A stretch of DNA of 32,162 bases, from assembly GCA_946414625.1 (NCBI GenBank), contig CAMKPI010000001.1, positions 1 to 32,162 on the forward strand, written 5' to 3'. The DNA comes from an uncultured Spirochaetaceae bacterium (lineage in GTDB: Bacteria; Spirochaetota; Spirochaetia; Sphaerochaetales; Sphaerochaetaceae). The stretch's first letter is position 1. Each line of letters opens with the position of its first letter. Positions 9,799-17,418 of this stretch are shown piece by piece. Under the pieces are notes generated by a model. It made no database searches. It was not told the origin of the DNA and saw only the letters and a list, made by a program, of their open reading frames with translations. Both the position numbers and the translations under genes were made by a program.

Positions 9799-10050
9799 TT
9801 ATTTCGCCCTTTCGACAACCTGGACGAGCCTCCAGCACTTGTCCTTGCTCAAATGCCTGCATTCCACAACGCGCACGGTGTCCCCCATATGGGCATCGTT
9901 CTTCTCGTCGTGAGCCTTCAGTTTCTTGGAAACCGTGACATACTTCTTGTAAAGCGGGTGCAAGCTCCTGTTATGAACGGTGACAACAATGGTCTTGTCC
10001 ATCTTGTCGCTCGTCACCACGCCTGTGAAACTTTTCTTATTTGCCTTCAT
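9799..10050 (-). CDS. rpsQ: 30S ribosomal protein S17
   Basis: 83 aa: ...FTGVVTSDKMDKTIVVTV...HDEKNDAHMGDTVRVVECRHLSKDKCWRL. Confidence 0.96.
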   Translation of the reverse strand: MKANKKSFTGVVTSDKMDKTIVVTVHNRSLHPLYKKYVTVSKKLKAHDEKNDAHMGDTVRVVECRHLSKDKCWRLVQVVERAK

Positions 10051-10065
10051 ACAATCCCGCCTCGC

Positions 10066-10269
10066 TTACGAGTCCTTTCTGATACCCATATCATATTCGG
10101 TGATAAGTGTGTTCACGCGGGCGATCTGCCGCTTGATGTTCCGGGTCTGCAGCGGGTTCTCCACATGACCGAGCACCCGGTCCATCCTCATCTGAAAGTA
10201 GGACTTGCGGAGCTCCTCCCTCTTCGAGACCAGTTCGTTGTAACTTAGCTTACTGAATGAATTTTTCAT
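10066..10269 (-). CDS. rpmC: 50S ribosomal protein L29
   Basis: 67 aa in the conserved position between rplP and rpsQ. Confidence 0.93.
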   Translation of the reverse strand: MKNSFSKLSYNELVSKREELRKSYFQMRMDRVLGHVENPLQTRNIKRQIARVNTLITEYDMGIRKDS

Positions 10270-10296
10270 ACTCCAATCCTCTTTGGTCTCAAACCC

Positions 10297-10764
10297 TTAG
10301 GCTTCGGTTCCGGCGGCACCTTCTTCGGCAGCGTCGGAGGGAATCTCTCCGGTCACAACGCGCCTGGAGACGATCTTTGCCTTGATCGGGAGCTTCTGCG
10401 CTGCCTTGGCCAGAGCCTCGCGCGCCACGCTCTCCTCAACCTCGCCCATCTCGAACATCACGGCGCCTTTCTTCACAACCGCGACCCATCCTTCCGGAGC
10501 GCCCTTTCCGTTACCCTGTCGGGTTCCGATAGGCTTTGCCGTGTACGGCATATCCGGGAAGATCCTGATATACACCTTTCCGCCGCGCTTTGTCTGACGG
10601 GTCATCGCCACACGGGCAGCCTCAATCTGGCGGTTGGTGATCCAAAGCGGTTCCAGCGCCACGAGACCGTAGGAGCCGAACTCGAGCTGGTTGCCCTTGT
10701 GGGCCACGCCGTCGCGCTTGCCCCTCTGCTTTTTTCTAAACTTTACTCTTTTAGGACTAAGCAT
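10297..10764 (-). CDS. rplP: 50S ribosomal protein L16
   Basis: [19 protein letters not shown]... It carries an acidic/Ala-rich C-terminal extension. Confidence 0.96.
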   Translation of the reverse strand: MLSPKRVKFRKKQRGKRDGVAHKGNQLEFGSYGLVALEPLWITNRQIEAARVAMTRQTKRGGKVYIRIFPDMPYTAKPIGTRQGNGKGAPEGWVAVVKKGAVMFEMGEVEESVAREALAKAAQKLPIKAKIVSRRVVTGEIPSDAAEEGAAGTEA

Positions 10765-10773
10765 CTCTCAACC

Positions 10774-11472
10774 TCACTCCTTGGAACCGGCGGCGTCGCT
10801 CTTCTTCGCCACAAGCCCGGCGTCGTTCGCCGCAACCTTCTCAAGAATCTCGCCGTTGTAAACCCAGACCTTCACACCGATTGAACCAAAAGTGGTCAGC
10901 CCGGTGGCAAAGCCGTAGTCGATGTCGCTGCGCAGGGTATGAAGAGGAATACGTCCCTCCTTCATCCACTCCGAACGGGCAATCTCCGCGCCGCCGAGAC
11001 GGCCGGACAGGCGAATCTTGATTCCCTGAACTCCCGCACCGGTGGCCTTAGAGATGGCGTTCTTCATCGCCCTCTTGTAAGCCACGCGCCCTGCAAGCTG
11101 CCTTGCGATATTCTGCGCGATAAGCTGGGCATCCTTTTCAGCGTGCTCGATATTCTTGATCTTTACCTGAACCTTCTTCTCCGAATATTTCTGGAGAGAA
11201 GCGCAGATCTTCTCAATGTTTGCGCCCTTCTGACCGATAAGGACTCCCGGTCGCGAGGTGCTCACCGTGATGGTCACCCTCTGCGGCTTGCGGGAAATCT
11301 CAACATCGGATATCTCGGCGCCCTGCGTTTCCGGAAGGCGGAAAAGCTCCTTGCGCAGTCTCAGATCCTCGTGGAGCGTGGCGGCGTACTCTTTCGGGTC
11401 TACATACCACTTGCTCTTCCAGGTTTTGTTGACTCCCAGGCGGAGTCCGATAGGATTAACTTTCTGACCCAT
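10774..11472 (-). CDS. rpsC: 30S ribosomal protein S3
   Basis: [23 protein letters not shown]... Confidence 0.97.
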   Translation of the reverse strand: MGQKVNPIGLRLGVNKTWKSKWYVDPKEYAATLHEDLRLRKELFRLPETQGAEISDVEISRKPQRVTITVSTSRPGVLIGQKGANIEKICASLQKYSEKKVQVKIKNIEHAEKDAQLIAQNIARQLAGRVAYKRAMKNAISKATGAGVQGIKIRLSGRLGGAEIARSEWMKEGRIPLHTLRSDIDYGFATGLTTFGSIGVKVWVYNGEILEKVAANDAGLVAKKSDAAGSKE

Positions 11473-11823
11473 TTATTCCTCCACGCTCTCGCTTACTTCC
11501 ACGGTGATATGGCTTGTCCTTCTCAAAAGGATGTCCCTCTTTCCGTGACTTCTCGGCCAAACCCTCTTTGAAACCGGGCCGCCGTCGATGTAAATCGTCG
11601 AAACGTAGAGCTGCGACTCATCCAGCTTGTTGTCCTGGTACATCGCGTTCGCTCCGGCGCTTTCCAAAACCTTCAGAATAAGCCTTGCACCCTTCTGCGG
11701 CATCGCCATGAGGATGCCGTACGCCTCCTCATAACTCTTTCCGCGAACAAGGTTGGCAACCGGGCGCACCTTTGAAGGAGAAACGCTCAGATATTTGGCA
11801 ACAGCCCTGTAACTTTTAGCCAT
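11473..11823 (-). CDS. rplV: 50S ribosomal protein L22
   Basis: Trimmed to ATG 11823 (MAKSYRAVAKYLSVSPSKVRPVANLVRG...), which follows the rpsS stop at 11834. Confidence 0.94.
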   Translation of the reverse strand: MAKSYRAVAKYLSVSPSKVRPVANLVRGKSYEEAYGILMAMPQKGARLILKVLESAGANAMYQDNKLDESQLYVSTIYIDGGPVSKRVWPRSHGKRDILLRRTSHITVEVSESVEE

Positions 11824-11833
11824 ACTCTCCTCC

Positions 11834-12109
11834 TCAAGCTTTCTTGTCCGAGCCGGCGTGGCTGCGGAAGATTCTGGTGGGCGAGAACTCTCCGAGTTTA
11901 TGTCCCACAAGGTTCTCGGTGATATAAACAGGAATCCATGTCTTGCCGTTGTATACGGAAATCGTCAGTCCAACCATGTCCGGAACGATGACCGAAGCCC
12001 TGGAATAGGTCTTGATCATCTCTGCGGTAGAAGTATTCTCCGCAGCTATCCTAACTCTTTTCAAGAGTCTCTCTTCTACAAAAGGACCTTTTTTAATTGA
12101 TCTAGCCAC
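11834..12109 (-). CDS. rpsS: 30S ribosomal protein S19
   Basis: [19 protein letters not shown]... Confidence 0.97.
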   Translation of the reverse strand: MARSIKKGPFVEERLLKRVRIAAENTSTAEMIKTYSRASVIVPDMVGLTISVYNGKTWIPVYITENLVGHKLGEFSPTRIFRSHAGSDKKA

Positions 12110-12118
12110 TTTATACTC

Positions 12119-12943
12119 CTAGCTTCTCTTCTTGACGATGAACCTATCCGAAGGCTTCTTCTTCGAACGGGTCTTGGCACCCTTGGTCGGCTTGCCCCAC
12201 GGAGTAACCGGGTGGCGTCCGGCAGCGGTCTTTCCCTCACCACCACCATGCGGATGGTCCACAGGGTTCATAACGACACCTCTGACCTTCGGCCTTCTGC
12301 CCAAGTGCCTGGAGGCTCCCGCCTTGCCCAGCGACACGTTCATATGATCCTCGTTGCCGAGGGTTCCGATTGTCGCGTAGCACTCTCCGAAGACGAGCCT
12401 CATCTCGCCTGACGGGAGGCGAAGCGTCACGTAGTCGTCCTCTTTGGCAACAATCGTGGCTCCGAGACCCGCGCTGCGAACCAGCTGTCCGCCGCGACCC
12501 AGGTTCAACTCAACGTTGTGAACCGTGAGTCCCAACGGGATGTTCTTCAACGGAAGCGCGCACCCCGGGCGAAGCGGAGCCGTGGGTCCGGACAGAACAA
12601 CACTGCCCACAGACAGACCCTTCGGAGAGAGGATATACCTCTTCTCGCCGTCCTCATAGAACACAAGCGCGATATTGGCGCTGCGGTTCGGATCGTATTC
12701 AATCGAGTGAACATGCCCGGGAACCCCGAACTTGTCTCTCCTGAAGTCAATGATCCTGTAGCTCCTGCGTGCTCCGCCGCCTCTCCTGCGAACGGAAATG
12801 CGACCGAAGCTGTCGCGTCCGGCCTTCCTGTGGAGGTGGCGCGTCAGGCTTTTCTCCGGCTTCTGAGCGGTGACATCGCTCCGCACCAGCACCGTTTTCT
12901 GTCGGAGACCCGGTGTGTTTGGTTTGTAACTCTTCAATGCCAT
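12119..12943 (-). CDS. rplB: 50S ribosomal protein L2
   Basis: 274 aa: ...[16 protein letters not shown]... Confidence 0.97.
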   Translation of the reverse strand: MALKSYKPNTPGLRQKTVLVRSDVTAQKPEKSLTRHLHRKAGRDSFGRISVRRRGGGARRSYRIIDFRRDKFGVPGHVHSIEYDPNRSANIALVFYEDGEKRYILSPKGLSVGSVVLSGPTAPLRPGCALPLKNIPLGLTVHNVELNLGRGGQLVRSAGLGATIVAKEDDYVTLRLPSGEMRLVFGECYATIGTLGNEDHMNVSLGKAGASRHLGRRPKVRGVVMNPVDHPHGGGEGKTAAGRHPVTPWGKPTKGAKTRSKKKPSDRFIVKKRS

Positions 12944-12958
12944 TCTCTCTGTCTCCTA

Positions 12959-13261
12959 TCAAACGCCTTCAATCGCGCCGATCTGCTCTCCTTTCGCAAG
13001 AGTGACGATCGCTTTCTTCCAATCAGGCCTGTAGCCCTTGATATAGCCGCCCTTGCCGCGAGTCATCTTCGGCTTTCCACCCACGTTCATCACGTTGCAC
13101 GAGGTGGGGTTCACACCGAAAAGCATTTTCACGGCACTCATGATCTCAAATTTGTTAGCTCTGGGATCAACCTTGAACGTATACTTCTTGCATTCCTGCT
13201 CACGAGCGATATTTGACTTCTCGCTAAGGATGGGTTCAATAATTACCTCGTCTGCTCTCAT
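12959..13261 (-). CDS. rplW: 50S ribosomal protein L23
   Basis: 100 aa in the conserved position. Contains ...IIEPILSEKS... Confidence 0.95.
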   Translation of the reverse strand: MRADEVIIEPILSEKSNIAREQECKKYTFKVDPRANKFEIMSAVKMLFGVNPTSCNVMNVGGKPKMTRGKGGYIKGYRPDWKKAIVTLAKGEQIGAIEGV

Positions 13262-13271
13262 CTCATACCTC

Positions 13272-13901
13272 TCATTCGCCGTAGAACTCGTTCAGGTTCT
13301 TTGCGGCGGTCTCGAGCATCATCACCTTGCGTCCGTAAAGAAGCTCCTTGGCGGACAGCTTGTCATACGCAAGAACCCTGAGGTTCGGAATGTTCTTCGC
13401 ACTCCTGCGGATCATCTCATCGTCGCCGGCCATGATAAGAACGGTTCTCTCACCGTCCTTCGAGAAACCACGGAGGATCTTGGCCATGTCGCGCGTCTTC
13501 CCGCTCTCGACAGTGAAATCCTCCACCACGTACATGCTGCCGCCCTGAACATGCTGAGAGAGAAGGCTCTTCATTGCCATCCTCTTCATCCTGCGGGGGA
13601 TGCTGTACGAATAATCGCGCGGCTTCGGTCCGAAAATCGTGCCGCCGCCCACAAAAATCGGGCTCTTCTTATCTCCCCGGCGAGCATTGCCGGTGCCTTT
13701 CTGCTTGAAAGGCTTAGTATTGCTGTAATTCACCTCGGCGCGCGTCTTGGTGCAAGCCGTTCCCACCCTGCGGCGGGCAAGCTCGTTGTTCACGGCATAG
13801 TAAATACAGCCCTGGCTCACCTGGACATCGAATACGTCAGCATTAAGCTCAACGGTCCGTCCGTTCTGAGCGCCATCTAGTGAATAAACCTTTGCTTCCA
13901 T
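13272..13901 (-). CDS. rplD: 50S ribosomal protein L4
   Basis: 209 aa: ...[32 protein letters not shown]... Confidence 0.96.
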   Translation of the reverse strand: MEAKVYSLDGAQNGRTVELNADVFDVQVSQGCIYYAVNNELARRRVGTACTKTRAEVNYSNTKPFKQKGTGNARRGDKKSPIFVGGGTIFGPKPRDYSYSIPRRMKRMAMKSLLSQHVQGGSMYVVEDFTVESGKTRDMAKILRGFSKDGERTVLIMAGDDEMIRRSAKNIPNLRVLAYDKLSAKELLYGRKVMMLETAAKNLNEFYGE

Positions 13902-13912
13902 ATCCTATATCC

Positions 13913-14530
13913 TTACTTCTTAACAGCCTTCTTCACCAAAACCGTGCTGTCCGCGGGACCGGGAATCGCACCCTTGACCAACAGAACCTGGAGATCAGCG
14001 TCCACCTTCACAACCCGGAGGTTCTGCACAGTAACGCGCTCCGCACCCATATGACCGGCCATCTTCTTTCCCTTGAACGTCCTCGCGGGAGTTGAACTCA
14101 TGGCGGTGCCGCCCAGATCCCTATGGAACTTCGAACCGTGGGTGGCGCGTCCGCCGCCGAAGCCGTACCGCTTCATGCCGCCCTGATAGCCTTTTCCTTT
14201 TGATGTGCCGGTCACGTCAACAAACGAAATGTCGTTGAAAAGATCGACACCCAGGACGTCTCCCGGCTGAACCTCGCGCTCGTAGTCGCGGAATTCAACA
14301 AGGGTTTTCAGTGCCTTCCCGTCCTGGAACTGGCCGGAATAAGGACGTGTTGCGCGGCTTGCCTTCATCTCGCCGGTTCCGAGAACGGCGGCGTTGTAAC
14401 CGTTTTTCTCTTCCGTTCTTCGGGCCACAACAACGTTGCCTTCAACCTTGATAACAGTGACAGGCGTGAGTCTTCCCTTCTCGTCGAAGACCTGCGTCAT
14501 GCCAACTTTCTTTCCGATAAGCCCTAACAT
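13913..14530 (-). CDS. rplC: 50S ribosomal protein L3
   Basis: MLGLIGKKVGMTQVFDEKG... Confidence 0.97.
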   Translation of the reverse strand: MLGLIGKKVGMTQVFDEKGRLTPVTVIKVEGNVVVARRTEEKNGYNAAVLGTGEMKASRATRPYSGQFQDGKALKTLVEFRDYEREVQPGDVLGVDLFNDISFVDVTGTSKGKGYQGGMKRYGFGGGRATHGSKFHRDLGGTAMSSTPARTFKGKKMAGHMGAERVTVQNLRVVKVDADLQVLLVKGAIPGPADSTVLVKKAVKK

Positions 14531-14649
14531 CTCTTACCTCTATACTGGAGTCGTGCGCCCGCGCCCAGTCGTACTACCCCGCAATCCGCGACTTTATCGC
14601 GGCGCAGAAGCCCTTTCCGCCTCGCGCGGAGCGTCCATCCGTCGCTCCA

Positions 14650-14958
14650 TCACTGCTTGATCTCCACATCAACACCGGCGGGCAGCTCAAGCTTCATCAG
14701 AGCCTCCATCACCTTGTCTGTCGGATTTAAAATGTCAACCAATCTCTTGTGCGTCCTCATCTCGAACTGCTCGCGACTCTTCTTGTTCACGAACGGGCTC
14801 TTCAGGACAGTGATTTTATTGATGCGGGTGGGAAGGGGCACGGGGCCGGAAACTGTGGCGCCCGCCTTCACAACCGTGTCTACAATCGACATTGCGCTCT
14901 GCTCAACAAGCGAAACGTCAAAACCTCTAAGTCTAACGCGAATCCTATCGTTAGCCAT
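14650..14958 (-). CDS. rpsJ: 30S ribosomal protein S10
   Basis: Trimmed to ATG 14958 ([14 protein letters not shown]...), which is preceded by AAGGAGAGAAG. Confidence 0.94.
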   Translation of the reverse strand: MANDRIRVRLRGFDVSLVEQSAMSIVDTVVKAGATVSGPVPLPTRINKITVLKSPFVNKKSREQFEMRTHKRLVDILNPTDKVMEALMKLELPAGVDVEIKQ

Positions 14959-15078
14959 CTTCTCTCCTTGGGATTTCCCGTCTTCTCCGCCCAAAAACCA
15001 GCGGAAGCCTGAAAAATCCCTCCATGAAGCCGACACCTTTCACCGGGCTCTGCCGAACCCACGCTTATGCGGCTCCTC

Positions 15079-15116
15079 AAAAAACAGACCCAGCCCGGGA
15101 CTGGCCCGGGCCAGGC
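15079..15116 (-). terminator. intrinsic terminator/attenuator between tuf and rpsJ
   Basis: The minus-strand RNA GCCUGGCCCGGG-CCAGU-CCCGGGCUGGGU forms a ~12-bp GC-rich stem (including G-U pairs) followed by CUGUUUUUUG. It starts 12 nt after the tuf stop. Confidence 0.65.
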
Positions 15117-15127
15117 ATTCGTTTATG

Positions 15128-16318
15128 TCACTGAGCGATGTCGGTGACCTGGCCGGAAGCAACGGTCCTGCCGCCCTCGCGGATTGCGAAGCGCAGTCCC
15201 TTGTCCATGGCAATCGGGTGAATCAGCTCGACGTTGATCGAGGTGTGATCTCCAGGCATGACCATGCTCGTTCCCTCGGGGAGGCTCACGGTGCCGGTGA
15301 CATCAGTCGTCCTGAAATAGAACTGGGGGCGATAGCCGGACACAAACGCGCTGTGGCGGCCACCCTCTTCCTTTGTAAGGACGTACACCTGGCCGGTGAA
15401 CTTGGTGTGCGGGGTGATTGATTTGGGCTTGGCAAGAACCTGGCCGCGAACGACTTCCTTCTTGTCAACACCGCGGAGCAGCGCTCCGATGTTGTCGCCC
15501 GCCTGTCCCTCGTCGAGGGTCTTCTGGAACATCTCAACGCCGGTCACAACCGTGCTCTTCGTCTCGCGGATACCGACGATCTCAACAGGATCGTTGACAT
15601 GGATGACACCCTGCTCCACACGACCGGTCACAACTGTGCCGCGTCCGGAAATGGTGAAGATATCCTCAATCGGCATCAGGAACGGCTTGTCAAGAGCCCT
15701 CTGAGGAAGCGGGATGTAGTCGTCCATCGCCTTCAAAAGCTCCTCGATGCACTTGGTGTTCTCGGGATTGTCACCCTCGGTCATGGCGAGGTACGCACTG
15801 CCGCGGATGACCGGGCACTTGTCGCCGTCGAAACCGTTGTTGGTAAGGACCTCGCGGACCTCCTCTTCAACAAGGTCGATCAGCTCGGGATCGTCAACCT
15901 GATCACACTTGTTCAGGAAAACGATAATCGTGGGTACTCCGACCTGGCGGGCAAGAAGAATGTGCTCGCGGGTCTGAGCCATAACACCGTCGGACGCTGC
16001 AACAACAAGGATTGCTCCGTCCATCTGAGCGGCGCCGGTGATCATGTTCTTGATGTAGTCGGCGTGGCCCGGGCAGTCGACGTGCGCGTAGTGGCGTGCG
16101 TCGGACTGATACTCAACGTGCCTGGTGTTGATCGTGATTCCCCTCTCCTTCTCCTCGGGGGCGTTGTCGATCTCATCATAGTTCAGGAGCTTGTCGCCGA
16201 ACTTCTTCGCGCAGTACTGCGTGATCGCGGCCGTGAGAGTTGTTTTGCCATGGTCGACGTGACCGATGGTACCAACGTTTACGTGTGGCTTCGTTCTCTG
16301 GAATACTTCTTTAGCCAT
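15128..16318 (-). CDS. tuf: elongation factor Tu
   Basis: [28 protein letters not shown]...DCPGHADY...NKCD. I prefer the second ATG of the ORF (16318) because of its spacing to AAGGAGG. Confidence 0.97.
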   Translation of the reverse strand: MAKEVFQRTKPHVNVGTIGHVDHGKTTLTAAITQYCAKKFGDKLLNYDEIDNAPEEKERGITINTRHVEYQSDARHYAHVDCPGHADYIKNMITGAAQMDGAILVVAASDGVMAQTREHILLARQVGVPTIIVFLNKCDQVDDPELIDLVEEEVREVLTNNGFDGDKCPVIRGSAYLAMTEGDNPENTKCIEELLKAMDDYIPLPQRALDKPFLMPIEDIFTISGRGTVVTGRVEQGVIHVNDPVEIVGIRETKSTVVTGVEMFQKTLDEGQAGDNIGALLRGVDKKEVVRGQVLAKPKSITPHTKFTGQVYVLTKEEGGRHSAFVSGYRPQFYFRTTDVTGTVSLPEGTSMVMPGDHTSINVELIHPIAMDKGLRFAIREGGRTVASGQVTDIAQ

Positions 16319-16733
16319 CATTCCTCCTTGTGACCTTTATGTCACAAATCTGTATCGCGGCGGGCCTGTCGCGCAGTTTCCACTTCTACGACACGCGCGT
16401 TCGCACCGCCATTATTGTGCTCTTAAAGGCACAAGCCTTTAGCTGTCCGCGCCGCAGGCACATCAGGTCGCAACGCGAACCGACAGCCGGCGGTCTTCCA
16501 CATCGAGTCAATCAATCATGAATTTGGTTTAAATAAGAATGTTTCCAGCGGTTGCAGTCTGTTTTGAGCATCCCTTGGCACCAGCCCTCAAAACGCAACT
16601 TGTTTATGTTTTTACTCTAAAAAACTTGCCCTGGAACCACCTTATCACCCCTAAAATGATTGGTTTGGCTCTCCATTTCAACGCATTTGGTCATTTGGGC
16701 GCATTTAGGGCGCACCCGCGCAAATGCCTAGTC

Positions 16734-16762
16734 AAAATAGCACGAAAAAAAATTATTGTCAA
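16734..16762 (-). promoter_or_regulatory. candidate sigma70-type promoter reading toward tuf
   Basis: The minus strand reads TTGACA (16762-16757), a 17-nt spacer, then TATTTT (16739-16734). An A/T-rich UP-like tract (16770-16785) lies upstream. It is ~400 nt upstream of the tuf ATG. Confidence 0.4.
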
Positions 16763-17102
16763 CGAATTCAAAAAAATTTTTTTTTCATGGTTTTACAGCG
16801 GGTTTTGCCCGGAAAACCGGGCTGGGAACGTCTCTTGCAGCAACCTCAGGAGAGTCCTGCATGTTCGCAGAAATTGCCCCAAATACGGACCAGGCGGGTG
16901 AATAGAGAAAAACGCAAAAATTATAAGCTCATTATAAAAGACACTCGCGCGAGTTTACCGACTCCCTCCCTCACAATTAGATTTCTCTGCTCTGCTGTTA
17001 TCGAAAGTATGAGAATAGATTTGCACCGCAAGGAATTGAGGAATACAATAATGTTCACTTGTAAACGCTGGCTCATCTGGTCGCGCTCTTGTAAACACAC
17101 CC

Positions 17103-17385
17103 ACCAAAGCCCGTGCGGCACACGCAGTCGGCTCGTGGGCATATGTGTGGTATAGAGTCAGTCTTTTATGACAGCACGCGCAAAGGCGACTGCCAGTGGC
17201 TGGCTTCCTTGCGACAGCGGAGGGAGCCAGAGCCCATACGTCAAGCGCAAAGGCGCCTGCTTGAAAACGCCGAACAGGTGGGATAAATGCTGCCAGAGCC
17301 CGTGCGACAAGCGCAAAGCGCCCGCTAGACTGGCAAGCGGTCGGACGTGCCGCAGTATGCCAGAGCACGTGCGACAAGCGCAAAG
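17103..17385. repeat. array of a 27-nt core separated by ~39-nt variable segments (period 66-67 bp)
   Basis: The core GCCAGAGCCCGTGCGACAAGCGCAAAG occurs at 17292. The copy at 17359 has 1 mismatch and the copy at 17226 has 3. Degenerate copies lie near 17103 and 17168. Confidence 0.8.
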
Positions 17386-17418
17386 TCCGCCCTATGGACA
17401 CAGGAAAAGAGAGACACA

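Noticed and set aside
16329-16346. The CRP-like palindrome TGTGA...TCACA upstream of tuf.
   Set aside because: The half-site spacing is 8 nt rather than the canonical 6, and it lies inside the presumed 5'UTR next to the SD. It is better read as an RNA hairpin.
16745-16785. Homopolymer tracts (A8 at 16745-16752; A7T9 at 16770-16785) as phase-variation switches of the tuf promoter.
   Set aside because: The tracts are short, and phase-variable control of an essential translation factor is implausible. They are more simply explained as an UP element and AT-rich spacer.
17226-17385. A possible CRISPR array: a ~27-nt repeat with ~39-nt spacers.
   Set aside because: Only three good copies exist, and they differ at 1-3 positions. 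The flanking copies are strongly degenerate. No cas genes or leader are present. The array abuts a gene start, so a regulatory or duplication origin is more likely.
17375-17400. CAAAGTCCGCCCTATGG, which resembles the RNase P RNA P4 segment (GAAAGUCCGGGCUCCAUAGGG).
   Set aside because: The match is short and lies inside the repeat array. The other universally conserved RNase P regions are absent from the surrounding sequence.
16322-17418. ORF-track frames in the tuf-ABC spacer (16330..16521, 16539..16901, 16724..17155, 16921..17142, 16955..17458, 17168..17422), and a search for tRNA genes upstream of tuf.
   Set aside because: The ORFs have no SD, run through the AT-tract promoter and the tandem repeats, and have implausible Cys/Arg/Pro-rich compositions. 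I found no T-loop (GGTTCGAATCC-like) or cloverleaf.
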